Below, in pieces: positions 1 through 11,653 of a stretch of 64,000 bases of DNA. The stretch covers positions 94,596,880-94,660,879 of the forward strand of contig JARFYF010000094.1 of assembly GCA_030265395.1 (NCBI GenBank). The letters are read 5' to 3'. The stretch comes from Rhina ancylostomus (taxonomy: Eukaryota). The position numbers were made by a program, and so were the translations under genes. The number at the start of each line of letters is the position of its first letter. Positions within the stretch are counted from its first letter, which is position 1. The notes under the pieces were generated by a model that saw only the letters and a list, made by a program, of their open reading frames with translations, did no database searches and was not told the origin of the DNA.

Positions 1-28
1 TCAGTGATAATAAATCTGATTCTGATTT
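1..28 (+). mobile_element. 3' tip of a Rex1/Babar-type LINE with (TCTGAT)n tail
   Basis: TCAGTGATAATAAATCTGATTCTGATT matches the reverse complement of the tail at 3441-3476. Confidence 0.65.
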
Positions 29-1039
29 TCCAATTTGTTCTTGTCCAATTCTATATGTAGAGCCAACAGAATTAACTGTTTCATAAAAACAATTCGAACC
101 ATTCAGTTAGACAACAGGTTTACAATCACACAAGTGTAGCCATTATTTCTCATTAGTCTCTTCAAGAGTGCCCCAGCTATTGACAGGATAGGGTGACGTG
201 TCTTCTGACAAATTTCCTCTCTAGTCACTTATGAGGTGGGACTGGTTCACTTGCAGTAAAAATAATTAAATATCCCTTCCAAAGGGATGAGAACATGATG
301 TACTTTGATTTTTATTTGGAATAATGATCAGATTAAAGCATTGTACTAATTGAAAGAGTAGGGAATGTTATAATTGTAAGGGAATGTTTTCCACTGAGTT
401 TATTGATCCTGTTAGAATTAATTTGAATGCTGCAGAGTATTTAATGTTCTTCTAAAAATTATACAAAGTATTCTGAAAAATTATACATAGCAAGTAATTT
501 TGAAATCTTGTAAAATATCATACTCTAATAACTGGAGTTTTGACAATTGATCAAGAAATTAAACTGGATTCTTAAATGTGTCAGTGTTAAACATTGGGAT
601 TCCTGTCCCCTTTTCTGTCAAAGTTTATCATTGCTTTTTGCTTTTATTCGAATAAGAAGCAACTTAAGATGTTGAATCAATAAACAAGTCCGGTGAGTGA
701 ATTTAGCTGAATTTAAGCTGAATTTAAAACCACTGAGTTCCATGACTATGCTGTTGTGGAATGTGTTCTGACATGCTCCTTTAATCAAACTATGTGAGTC
801 TTGTAAATGTGTGTATGTCAGAAAGGGGTTAGAACATAAGATGGGCATGGCAACTTGGTCCTGAAGTCAATCATAAAGGTGCTGCAATCTGAAATCAAAA
901 ACTGCCTTTGGACAAAATGAATTTACTCAAAAGATTTGATTGTGTTTTATTACATTTTGTAAATATAGGATCCTCTGAGGATTAGAGTGGGGAAATAAAA
1001 GCATAGCCTTTGTAAACATTGCTTGGACTTTGGTGGGAC

Positions 1040-1640
1040 TGTTGATTCGACTCTTTGTCACCACATTTTAGGCTAGATGTCTAATTGGGGAGGATGGAAG
1101 GGGTTTACCAGAATGGTATCAGAGAGGAGGCACTTGAGCCATGTGGAATTGTTGTCTTGGACCAATGAAGGTTGAGAGGAAATTTGGTATACTGCTCAAA
1201 ATTATGCATGACTTTGATGACATAATTAAGAAAACTACTTCATGTGGCAAAAAGAATCACTAATCAAAGGACACAAATTGATTGAAGAATCACTATTATG
1301 TAGAAGAGAGTCGGAATAAACGGATGTTTCTCAGGCTGGAAGACGGAGCTAGTGGGGTGCCCCATGCATTAGATTTTGGCCTGCTACTATAACCCTATTG
1401 TTGACTTGCAGTGAACCAGAGTGTCATGAGGGAACATTTTTTACAATATTTGTTGCTGTGATCTGCGTGGAGGACAGTGATGAAGATTTGACATATCATT
1501 CAACATAGAATTTAAGGGAAAACATTTGCAGGGCTATTGAGAAAGAGCAGTGCAGTGGAGGTAATTGGATAAATCCATCAAAGAATCATCACAGGATCAC
1601 GGGTGAATGGCGTTCTCCTGCACCGCATCATGCCTTACAT
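1040..1640 (+). mobile_element. Old CR1 LINE fragments (RT C-terminus / 3' end, mosaic)
   Basis: Decayed CR1 motifs: tttaccagaatggtatcag...gaggttgagaggaaattt and ctagtggggtgcccca. Confidence 0.6.
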
Positions 1641-2034
1641 TCTATATCATTTATTCTCATCAATGTGGCAGCATTAGTACCAACAAGTGAAACCACATAC
1701 TTTTTAATGAAAAATCAGCATCTCCAGCTCAGCCAGAAATTATATCATACGGTTTTAAGTTCTTTTTCAGCTGAAAACAAAGCCCAAGCTGCTCAAATGT
1801 TACAAATTTAGCAAACTTATTTTTAATTAAATAATTGGATAGCCAAAGGAATTAATGCCAGCTGGAGTTTTAGGAATTAAAGGAAGTGTGGCTAAATGAT
1901 AGAAGTTAGTTAATGGAGAGGAAATTAAGAGTTGGAATAAATGAGTATTTACTTATGGCACAGAAGGATGCCAATCCCCCACTTACTTCACTGTAACCTT
2001 TTCTCTCTCATATGCCCATCAACTCTGATAATTA

Positions 2035-2176
2035 GTCATAGGGATATGATATTGTTGTTATCATAGACACATGGTTAAGAGAAGTGCAGAATTGGCAACT
2101 CAGCATTCCAGGCGTGACAGAGGGATGTAAAAAATGAGGTGGCATTGCAATATTAATTAAGAATCCATTACGAATC
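2035..2176 (+). mobile_element. CR1 ORF2 endonuclease N-terminal fragment
   Basis: Translates GYDIVVIIDTWLREVQNWQLSIPG...GGIAILIK, resembling the APE motifs DIVAITETWL and GGGVAL. Runs into an N-gap. Confidence 0.7.
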
Positions 2177-2469
2177 NNNNNNNNNNNNNNNNNNNNNNNN
2201 NNNNNNNNNNNNNNNNNNNNNNNNNNNNNNNNNNNNNNNNNNNNNNNNNNNNNNNNNNNNNNNNNNNNNNNNNNNNNNNNNNNNNNNNNNNNNNNNNNNN
2301 NNNNNNNNNNNNNNNNNNNNNNNNNNNNNNNNNNNNNNNNNNNNNNNNNNNNNNNNNNNNNNNNNNNNNNNNNNNNNNNNNNNNNNNNNNNNNNNNNNNN
2401 NNNNNNNNAAAAAGATCCTTTGTTCTGGCCTCTTTCTTCTATGTGATAAGCAGTCTTCAAACCATGTTA

Positions 2470-2610
2470 GACAGAAGACAGAAGAGATTGCAGATCCTGG
2501 AATCTAGAGCAAAAAAAAAAGCTGTTGGAGGAACTCAGTGGGTCAGGCAGCATCTGTGGAGACAAAGGGAAGGTTGATGTTTCGGGTCGAGACCCTGCAT
2601 CAGGACTTGA
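2470..2610 (-). mobile_element. Penelope terminal-repeat module with hammerhead-like core
   Basis: The minus strand reads AGTC-CTGATGC-A-GGGTCTCGACCC-GAAA-CATC-AACCT, followed by the shared CCACAGATGCTGCCTGACC...GAGTTCCTCC...GATTCCAG tail. Confidence 0.8.
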
Positions 2611-2875
2611 GAGGTAAGTGGTGGGAGATTTAGAGGGAATCTGAGAATGTTCCTTTCATCAGGAGCATGGTTGGAATCTGGAATGCACTGTCTGAGGAGG
2701 TGCTAGAAGCAGACACTCTTACAAAATTTAAGAAGTATCTAGATGAGCACTTGGAAGGTATAGAAGGCTACAGGCCAAGTGGTATAACATGGGATTAGTA
2801 TAGCTGGATATCTGATGGTTGGTGTGGATGTGGTGAATCAGAGAGCCTGTTTCTGTTCTGTATGACTCAATGAAC
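2611..2875 (+). mobile_element. CR1 LINE 3' end
   Basis: Contains ggttggaatctggaatgcactgtctgaggaggtg...tttaagaag...gagcctgtttctgttctgtatgactc. Confidence 0.75.
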
Positions 2876-2889
2876 TCCTCAATGATAAT

Positions 2890-3085
2890 TCTGCAACCCA
2901 CCTACGTTATGTGTAATTTACAGTAGTCAAAGTATCAGCCAGAAGGTCTTTGGCACAGGGAGGAAACCAGAGCATCTGGGGGAAGCCCTCGCAGTCACAG
3001 AAAGAAAGTGCAAACTCCACAGAAACAAACCCTGGTTGTTGAAGCTGTATAGTAGCATCATTAAATACTGTGCCACACTGTCAAC
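2890..3085 (-). mobile_element. Degraded V-SINE
   Basis: gggaggaaaccagagca...gtgcaaactccacag is the reverse complement of the V-domain seen at 13580-13660. Confidence 0.65.
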
Positions 3086-3440
3086 CTATTGGGTGCTGTG
3101 TTACTTGAAAGAAGGACTGGAAATTTTATGTTTCTTTCTGATCATCACCCATTAAGATGGATGTAAAGATTTTGGATGGTAGAATGGAGACTTACTAGGA
3201 AGTCAGAGCTGGGTCCACTTTTGTTTGGGCTGTGTACATTCTTTTAAATTTAGGTGCAGAGAATGTAGTAATGATGCTTAATGACAATATAAAAGGAGAG
3301 AAGCAAAATAAATGAAGAGATTTAAGGAAGGTCTGTTCCTTCCTTAGGGTAGTAAGGTGACATACAGATGAAGGGGCATTGTCCTGAAATGTTGACTCTC
3401 TTTCTTTCTCCATAGACGCCACCTGACCTGCCAACTGTTT

Positions 3441-3716
3441 CAGAATCAGAATCAGAATCAGGTTTATTATCACTGACATATGTCGTGAAATTTGTTATTT
3501 TGTGGCAGCAGTGCAGTGCAAGACATAAAGACATAAAAGTTACTGTAAGTTACAAAAATAAATAAATAGTGGAAAAGAGGAACAAAGGATCGTGTTCATG
3601 GGTTCATGGACCATTCAGAAATCTGATGGCAGAGGGGAAGAAGCTGTTCCTGAAACATTGAGTGTGTGTCTCCAGGCTCCTGTATCTCCTCCCTGATGGT
3701 AGTAATGTGAAGAGGG
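3441..3716 (-). mobile_element. Rex1/Babar LINE 3' end, nested in a Penelope terminal-repeat module (about 3360-3735)
   Basis: (CAGAAT)3 tail followed by GGTTTATTATCACTGA, then gaagctgttcctgaa...ctcctgtatctcctccctgatgg (the LPSGRRYRS region on the minus strand). The host module resumes with gcattttctgttttt. Confidence 0.75.
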
Positions 3717-3849
3717 CATTTTCTGTTTTTGATGCAGTTTAATGAGTCAGATATGTGGAAGAAAAAGCATGAACAATTCAGTATTATTAATGGAAAAAAT
3801 GGAAAGATATGGATCAACGTGAGCCAGAGGTTCAAATATATAATAACTT

Positions 3850-4225
3850 ACATAGTTTGTCCCAAGGTGCCTCTCAGCCTATGAAGTACTTCTTGAACTG
3901 TGATTACTGTTGCAATGTGAGGGAACATAGCAGAAAAATTCACACATTTTGTCACCTGCAAAAAAAAAGTGATATGAGAAGAATTAATTTATTTTAGCTA
4001 TGGTATTTGAGGGATGAATATTGGCCAGGGAAACTCCACTGATTTACTTCAAATTCTGGCATGAGACTTCTTACATCCTTTTGAGAGGTCTTCAGTTTAA
4101 CATCTCATCCAAACCAAGCACCTCTGATGGGGTGTCAGCCAAAATTATGTGCCTCATTGGAGAGGGGCTTGAAACCATGGCCTGCTGGCTCTCAGGCAAG
4201 AGTCATTCTACTGAGCCAAGTCACA
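3850..4225 (-). mobile_element. DeuSINE (SacSINE1/AmnSINE1-like)
   Basis: Reverse complement of Deu-domain motifs: gagggatgaatattggccagg and gtttaacatctcatccaaa..agcacctc. A tRNA-like head ends at ctactgagccaag. Confidence 0.7.
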
Positions 4226-5084
4226 CTACTGAAATATCACTCCATAATTCTAGTCCCGGGAGGCAATCTTCTTATGTACAAATGTGGCAATAGTCCATTT
4301 TCCATTCCAATCTTGGCTGAGTAATATTTCTTATTTCCTGCAATTACTACAGAATTATGAGCAGTTTTATCTTCTCAGTTGGTGTCCACCAGAAACTAGC
4401 CTGACACCGTCCAATCTCATTTGACAAAGGATTATACAGCAACAGAGGGAAAATACTTTTGTTCAATCAGTCTGGTGGGAGTTGAACATAGCTCTCAGAA
4501 GGTAACGATGCCAACTTTTCACACTATCCAGTATAAAAGTGATATTTCCGTTTATTAAAAAGGAGTGGTTTCAGCATTTATTTGTGCAAAAGTAGCAGTT
4601 CATTTTAACATTTATTCAGATAACAATTAACATAAAGTTATCTCTTGGGTATAACTTGCAAATCTAATTATTTTCTTTCAAACCTTCTATCATAAAATTG
4701 ACAAATCTTCATGTTAAAACAGAAACCACTGTATGTGACAATGCAACAATAACAAGTAAAATTGTAACCAAACCCTTTGTACACATTTTTAAGATAATAA
4801 ATTAATTTTGGGATTCAGATTTGCTCGTGTGCTTGAGAATGCCTGAATTAGCTTTTACCTCCTATATCACCGAAAACCATTCACCATATTCACTGGAGTG
4901 CATCCAGTACTCATGCAATTACTAACTGGATTGGCTTGTATTCCTTTAAACTTATTGAATTACATGAAATCCAAATAAAACATTGATTGGTTCTTTCAAA
5001 TCCATTTGTCCAACCTCTAATACACTGGCCTCCACACCCTACCAATCCACCACATAAAGGTCCGAGTATTATTTCTCAGTGACT

Positions 5085-5870
5085 TCATGAAACCACAGAA
5101 TTGTTACAGTATGGAGGGAGGCCATTCACTGTCATGGAGTTGTACAGTACAGAAACAGGCCTTTTGGCCTACAATGTCCACACGACCTGTTACACCTATC
5201 TACACTAATCATTTACTTGCACTTAGGTCCATAGCCTTCTACAGCTTGTCAGTTCAAGCACAGCCTGTTGAGTCCTTCTCAGCTCTATGTAAGAGCAACT
5301 GACTGGCCCCACTGCTCTGTCCTTGTCCCATAGCCATGCAAATTCTTTCTTTTCAGATATTTACCCAACTCCCTTTCTGAACAGTACAATTGAATCGCCC
5401 TCCACTGCTATCTCCGGCAGTGTCTACCAGACCTTAATCATTCACTGCATAAAAAGATTTTTCTCGTATGACCTCTGGGTTTTTTACCAATTGCCTTCAT
5501 TCTAAATCCCATAGATTTGGACCTCTCTATCAATGGGAATAATTGAACATGACCTATTCTGTCAATCCCCTTGGTAATTTTAAATACATTTAACAGAACT
5601 CCTTGCGACCTTCTCAGCTCCAAAGAGAACAACTGCAGTTTCTCCACATCATTACAGTCCTTCAACCCTGGAGTCCTTTGGGCAAATGTATTCTGGACCA
5701 TCCCCAAAGCCTTAACATCATTCCTAAAGCTTGGCACCCAGAATTGGACACAATGCTCCAGTTGTGGTCAAACCAGTGTTTTAAAAAGTTCATCATGACT
5801 TCCTCAAACTCCCACTCTGTGTCTCTATTTGGAAGCCCAGGAGGCCATTTGCTTTTTTAACCACTTTCTT
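5085..5870 (-). mobile_element. CR1 LINE 3' part (RT C-terminus + 3' UTR)
   Basis: ORF 5438-5737(-) PSFRNDVKALGMVQNTF...LFSLELRRSQGVLLNVFKITKGIDR resembles CR1 PHYRKDVEALERVQRRF...LFSLERRRLRGDLIEVFK. Confidence 0.85.
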
Positions 5871-5984
5871 AAGCTATGTTCAACAAACAATGCAAATATA
5901 TCCCCATATCTATTATTCCTTTTAGAATTGGTTGATATTGTCTTTTTTCCATTCTTTCTTCCAAAGTGTAACATTCCATATTCA

Positions 5985-6580
5985 GTATGCAGTGATTGCC
6001 CTGCATTTCCAGTTGCCTGTCACCTTTGTTCTCCTTCCCTTCGCTTTGGCCTGCCTCTGTACGGCTTCATGAACTGTCTTGGTGGCTTCAATGGCTTCCT
6101 GCACAGTGTCAATGAGGCCCATCATCTTGCATCTCAGGCACATTGCAGCCCTCAAAGCTTCTGTGATGGAGCTTTCTTGTTCTGTTATGGGTTGTCCACC
6201 TCTTATGTCAGCTCAGTTTTCCTTTTTCCTTGGGAATCTGCTAACTTTCCCTTTGATTTTGCGTTTCACCAGCAGCTCTGTATTCTGTGTCCCTTTGTTT
6301 TCTCTCTAACTGTCCTCAATGGTCTGTTTGCCAGATGCCCCTCAAGGCTGGTAGCCGTGGCCTCTCCCTATTGAAGATGTCCCCTGTCTTGTCTGCCCCT
6401 CCCCCAGCCTCCCCGCTCTTGAATCTAATGTGTTTTCTCACCTTCCTAGTTCTAAAGGAAGGTCTTCAACCTGAAACGTTAACTTCGTTTCTCTCTCCAC
6501 AGATACTGTCTGACCTGCTGAGTGTTTCCAGAAGTTTCTGTTTTTATTTCAGATTTCCAGCATTTTCACTTTTCGATTTT
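5985..6580 (+). mobile_element. Penelope-like element 3' end (GIY-YIG C-terminal remnant, pyrimidine-rich UTR, terminal module)
   Basis: PVACHL.SPS resembles the LVARHFN.PS segment at about 44260-44300(-). The terminal module gaaggtcttcaacctgaaacgttaact...ccacagatactgtctgacctgctgagt lies at 6447-6580. Confidence 0.7.
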
Positions 6581-8269
6581 CACACTCCACATTTCTCAGG
6601 ATTAAATTTCATAGTGTCAATGCCCATGCTGACCAAGATACCCATCTAAGCTAGTCCCTTTTGCCTGTTTTTGGCCCAAATCCCTCTGAACCTTTCCTAT
6701 CCTTGCATCTGCCCAAATGTCTTTTAAATGTGGTTAAATGGTACCTGCCTCAACCACTCATCCACCACATGTCTGCCCATTCCTACAGTGTGCTCTTCAT
6801 TTCCTTGAAGTTCATTATTCTTCTCTTCACCATCTACTTCATCTCCAAGATTGTTTTTCATTTTCAAATTCAGTGGACAGTTTTTGGTGCTCAACTTTGT
6901 GACCCATCCCTTTCTTACAAACTTCCAAGATCCATCCCATCAGGGCTCGTACACATTCTTTATTTTGATTAATCCATCATTGAGGCAGTAGTTTGGGCCC
7001 TAAACTCTCAAATTCCATCCTGTAATTCCATCATCATTCTTCCTTCCTTTAAAATGCACCTTAAGGACTGGCTCATCAGTCTCAATAAATCTTATGTGGC
7101 TCTGCAGAATTATTTTTTGTCCCTATGGAGCATCTCCAGATGTCTTACTTCATTATAGGAATGGTAGGAATTCAATTTTTTTGTTACTGCCTCATTGATG
7201 GCTTAATCCTAATATCTGTAGTACCGGGAGAATGGAATACCTGTAAATTTGTGAGAACATTCATTTAACTTTGATGCGTATTATAAGTATACATGGTGCA
7301 TTGCATCAATCTACCAAGACAGAATCTTGATCATAATTATACTATCTGGTCTTTCATCCAAATTATTTTCCCTCAATTCCTCTTCAGTTTGCTTCTCGTT
7401 GGACGTTTGTTGGATTTAAGAGTTAAATAGTTTGATTTCCTCAACAAATGTAGCAGCTCTGTCCCCCACAACTTTTCCCATAGCTCTAAATGATCTAAAA
7501 CAATTTGGAAGGCTGGTTGTCCATTTGGCCCATCAAGTACATTCTTTCCAGGGATTGCATATTGTGATGATGAGCTCTACTGTAAATACTGTGGAGAAAC
7601 ATTTACACCCACACCTTACATGGTATTTTTAATTGTATACTATTTGGGTGCACCGGTAGGTAACTGAGTCATAGAGAAGTGGATTACCTCTTGACATGTT
7701 CCTAATTCTATCCATGTGCATCATTACATGGATCCAGTGCTTATATACAAGGATATAGCCCTGATGGGCCTGGGTGGGTTATGGCCAACCTAATGAGCAG
7801 CCAAACCCATCCAAATCTGAGCTTGAGTCATTGCCACAAATAAATAAATGCCAACATAACTGGAACCGAGATCAGTCCCTCAAAACTATGACTTTAAACA
7901 ACAACTCCAGCAGAAACAACCTCTTGATGAGTCACCCTTAGTGTCTGTGTTGCAGTGGATTTTTTTGATGCGTTACGAAGTAAGACATTTGGTCTGACAT
8001 GGGGCATTTAGTCATTGCCCACTCATTACTGGTTGAAGCCCCATCCAAATTCTCAGCTGCACTATTGGTTGAAAAATGACTTCCATAAGGGCTTCAGCTA
8101 TCTTATCAACTGTCTTTGCCTAGACTCCAGAGCTGTGGGGACAACAGCATCCACAATGAGTTGTGGCTTGGCAAGTATTCCCATCTGGGAGCAGAAACAT
8201 TTCAACGGGAAGGATAGGTGAGAGGTGGGACTTCGGAGGCCTGGGACTTGATCAAATCCCCCCCATTTC

Positions 8270-8510
8270 TGAAGCATTTAAGTTCAGTTCATTAAACCAA
8301 AAATCTGGAAATAAAAATCTAGTATCAATAAAGTAGCTATTAGGTTGTTGTAAAAAATCCATCTACAACACTAATCTGCCATCCTTACCAAGTCTGGCTC
8401 ATATGTGACTTCCTAGCCAATGTGCTCGATGTTTGAAGAGACCAAACAAGATAATTAGGACTAAGCATTAAATTCTAGCTTTGCATCCTGCGGATGAGCA
8501 TCAAAAATCA
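8270..8510 (+). mobile_element. SINE fragment of the family at 22665-23022
   Basis: Shared motifs aaaatctggaaataaaa, gttgtaaaaaatccatct and ctgccatccttacc. Confidence 0.6.
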
Positions 8511-9080
8511 ACGGTTCCCCCTCACTCCCACAGCAGACGTTAATTCCTTTTTAATAATTGAGAAGCCAAGAGAGGTGAAGTCGATTGAAGCACAGTACCA
8601 GCAGTTAGTGATGGTAGAGGGGGCTCTCTGGAGCTATACGTCAATGTGACTGCGAACAATGATAATCTGGGTCAGTGTTGGGGGGCGGGCCATACGAGAG
8701 GTTTTAAATAATCGAGGAAAAAAGCGAGAGGAAGCTTTTTGGAATTGACTGGTGTCCGGGTCCCGCTCCCCTGTAACTGCGCTCGGCTGTCTCCGTCTCC
8801 CTGCTCCTGTAACCTGCTGCAATCCTCCGTGCAACACTGAGCACAGTCCTTCACATCACACCAGTCCGAGCGGGTAAAAATAGCCCCAGATCCCAGCCCG
8901 GGCGCTGGGACCAGGCGGATCCAGCTCCTCGTCAGCCGGTCGGCGTCAGAAACCAGTCGTCCCGCCCGCGGCGGAGATCCGGCGGGTCAGTCAGCCGCCG
9001 AGAAGCTCACTTTGCGCAGAGAGAGTGAGAGAGGCGAGGGGGGGGGGGGGGTGAGAGTCCTCGCCCCAGCCCCGGTGGAG

Positions 9081-9260
9081 ATGCGGGCTCCCCTGCTGCT
9101 CCTGGGCACCGCGGCTCTGCTGTCGGCCGCCAGCGCCGCCCCTCTGAGCCCGTGTGCCGGCCGGCCCTGCCTCAACAATGGCACTTGTCTAACTTTCCAA
9201 GGGCAGGCGACGTCCTACAACTGCTCCTGCAGCCCCGGGTTCGCGGGTCAGCACTGCCAG
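9081..9260 (+). CDS. DNER: First coding exon of a Delta/Notch-like EGF repeat-containing transmembrane protein (signal peptide + EGF1); gene continues beyond the window
   Basis: ATG at 9081 has G at -3. The 60 codons read MRAPLLLLGTAALLSAASAAPLSPCAGRPCLNNGTCLTFQGQATSYNCSCSPGFAGQHCQ: a hydrophobic leader plus a 6-Cys EGF, ending CAG|GTAAGG (phase 0), inside a CpG island. As I recall the human protein, DNER exon 1 has the same layout (signal peptide + EGF1 in one exon, AAPLS..PC, ending G..CQ) before a very long intron. The symbol is from recall, not a search. Confidence 0.85.
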
Positions 9261-9520
9261 GTAAGGCTGAAGGGCCGATGCATCGGGGTGGGAGCACCGG
9301 GCAGGTGTTGACTGCTGGGTCGCGGGGGGCGGGGGGGGGGGGGGGTGCTCAAAGCTGCCGCTCTGACCGGTCGGAGGTTGTGAAGATGAGGCGAGCCCGG
9401 GTTTGGAGCGGTTCCGCTCCGCGTTAATTTGAAGATCCCAGGGTGTTCCAGCGAGGGAAGCGGGTCCCTGGTTCACCTGGTTCACTCCACAGCGCCAGAA
9501 AGCGGCGGGGATCCGAGAGA

Positions 9521-9710
9521 CCCCCGACCCCTCACCCAGTCGCTCCCCTCCCCGACCCCTCACCAGTCACCTCCCTCCCCGACCCCTCACCAGTTACCCC
9601 ACTCCCCAATCGCCCCCTCCTCGACCCCTCATCAGTCACTCCCCGACATTTACCCCCGACCCCCCACCACTCCCCGCTCCCCGGCCCCTCAGCAGTTCCC
9701 CACCCCAGCC
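9521..9710. repeat. Degenerate C-rich tandem repeat (about 27-30 bp unit, CCCCGACCCCTCACCAGTC...)
   Basis: Units start near 9521, 9550, 9577, 9620 and 9679. Confidence 0.75.
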
Positions 9711-10254
9711 GTGGACACTGTCACCCAGTGTGGGATGTGGCGGGGAGCCGCCACTCCCCAGGCCGGCGGCTGACGGCTGGGTTCCGGGAGGAACTTCGAC
9801 GGACAAGGTGATTCAATGACAGCGGCCGGCTCCTCCCTCACTCCCCGCGCCGCCCGGACCTCCCATGGAAACCGGTGGCTCCACATCGCAGGAGTTGTGG
9901 CAGCCCCGGACGTGGCTGCCCTGGAGCGGCGGAGCGACCATCGCGGTGACTTGTCGATGGCCGGACACACACACAACCAGCCCGAGTGGCAGGAGGGTGT
10001 CTCCGGCCCATCATGTGCACTTTCCCCGGAGTTAATACGTGTGTTTGGAGACGGCGGATTTAGCCATTTGATCGGGAAATCTAATCAAACGGCGCGTTGA
10101 AGCCTCAGTTCCTCACCCAACCTCAAACCGGGACAGTGGGTGATGGCAGGTGAGCGAGGGCCCAGCGGCGGGTTCGCTTCCTCAGTTCTGCCCCCACCTC
10201 AATCAAACATGTTGCTCCGCTCGAACCTCTGCTGATGTTCTCCGCGAACTCCTT

Positions 10255-10606
10255 CCCCCTGTCCCCTCCCTTCTCCTCCCTTCCTCTCCACTCCCCTCCC
10301 CCATCTGCCTCTATTTGCATTTCTCCCTTATCTTATTTCCTCCTATCACCCATCAGCCTCTGTCTCTAATCTCCCTCCTCTCCCTCCCTCAGCTGTTTCT
10401 ATCTATCCATCAAACTCCACCTCACCTTGTTGCACCTATCACCCACCAGCCCCCATCTCATCCCTCTCTCTTACCTCTTTATATTGGTTATCTTCGCTGT
10501 ACTCTTGGTTCTGATGCATGGCCATGACCTGAAACTTCAGCTATCCCTTTGCTTCCACAGATGCTGCTTGACCTGCTGAGTTCCTCCAGCAGTTTGATTT
10601 TTGCAA
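10255..10606 (+). mobile_element. Penelope 3' end with terminal module
   Basis: The body (cctatcacccaccagcc...cctctttatattggttatc) matches 43420-43520(-). It is followed by ctgatgcatggccatgacctgaaac and ccacagatgctgcttgacctgctgagttcctccagc. Confidence 0.75.
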
Positions 10607-11384
10607 CAGGAAGGATTGAGGAAAGTGTTAGGGCAATAGCACAACCTTGTTTGATACCTATCTTCACTGAGAGTGGTTCTGTTGTTTACCCAGGTGTTAT
10701 TATCATGTTTTCATGTAGCAAGTGTAAGATTGAGATGAATTTCTACCTATTACTGAATTTTAAGAGCATGTTCCTTCGTCCAATCACCACAATGTTATAA
10801 TGAAGTACATGTTAAAAATTCACCTGAAAAGCATTTGTAAACAGCAATCAACATGTCCAGGTTTGCAGAGAACACACTGAAAATCGAATGTATGTACAAG
10901 TAATTCAACCAATAGTTTCTCTATGGAGGTCTATCCCTTATGTGTAATTAAAATTCTTGTAACTTTGTGCACAACACACAATTTATGTCCCTATAGCACA
11001 ATTGTATTGCGACCATGAACTTCAACAGTAAAGGCATGAAAAGAAGCCAGTCTCCATCAGTACTCATGTGTTAACTTGATTTCTCCCCCAATGTTTCTGA
11101 GATCCTCCCAACAGAAGATAAATCTTTTATTTTATATTTCCAGGGGTCACTAATTCAAGATTACTTTCTCTGTTGCTTAACTCCAATGACACAGGATCCC
11201 ATCAACCACTGGAGACGTGTGGTTCCTGTCCTAATTACCTATCTGCCACCCAAGGTCAAATCTGTCCTTGAGCAGCTTTACTAGTTGAAGTTTCAGACCA
11301 TCTGCCATTGCAGGAGAATTGCTTTCATCACATTTTATGCATAAATGCTTGTAGAAGGCCCAGGATGTGTAAAGTTATAAGCTA

Positions 11385-11653
11385 AGGTATCAAAACACAC
11401 AGTGGAATGCATCTTTTGCATAGAGTGTTCTGGGTGCAGCCCGCAAGTGTTGCCACGCTTTCGGCACCAACATAGCATGCCCACAACTTCCTAACCTGTA
11501 CATGTTTGGAATGTGGAAGGAAACTGGAGCACCCAGAGGAAACCCATGCCAACATGGGGAGAACATACAAACTCCTTACAGACAGCGGCATGAATTGAAC
11601 CTGGGTCCCTGGTGCTGTAATAGCGTTATGCTAACCACTACACTACCGTGCCT
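11385..11653 (-). mobile_element. V-SINE with Rex/Babar-like 3' tail
   Basis: The minus strand has a tRNA head (GGCACGGTAGTGTAGTGGTTAGC...GGTTCAATTC) and a V-domain. The tail GCATGCTATGTTGGTGCC...GATGCATTCCACTGTG is the same type as at 43843-44123. Confidence 0.85.

Larger units (their letters stand above)
8670..10250. promoter_or_regulatory. CpG island / promoter and 5' end of the EGF gene
   Basis: Abrupt rise in GC and CpG density against AT-rich, CpG-poor flanks. GC-box-like GGGGGCGGGC at about 8681-8690. The island spans the exon at 9081-9260. Confidence 0.85.

Noticed and set aside
9012-9311. 99-aa ORF with a TTG start and read-through past the EGF
   Set aside because: The ATG at 9081 directly precedes the signal peptide, and the sequence after 9260 follows a consensus splice donor.
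9429-10527. Pro-rich ORFs in the CpG island
   Set aside because: By-products of the C-rich repeat, high GC and a Penelope UTR; no domain or splice support.
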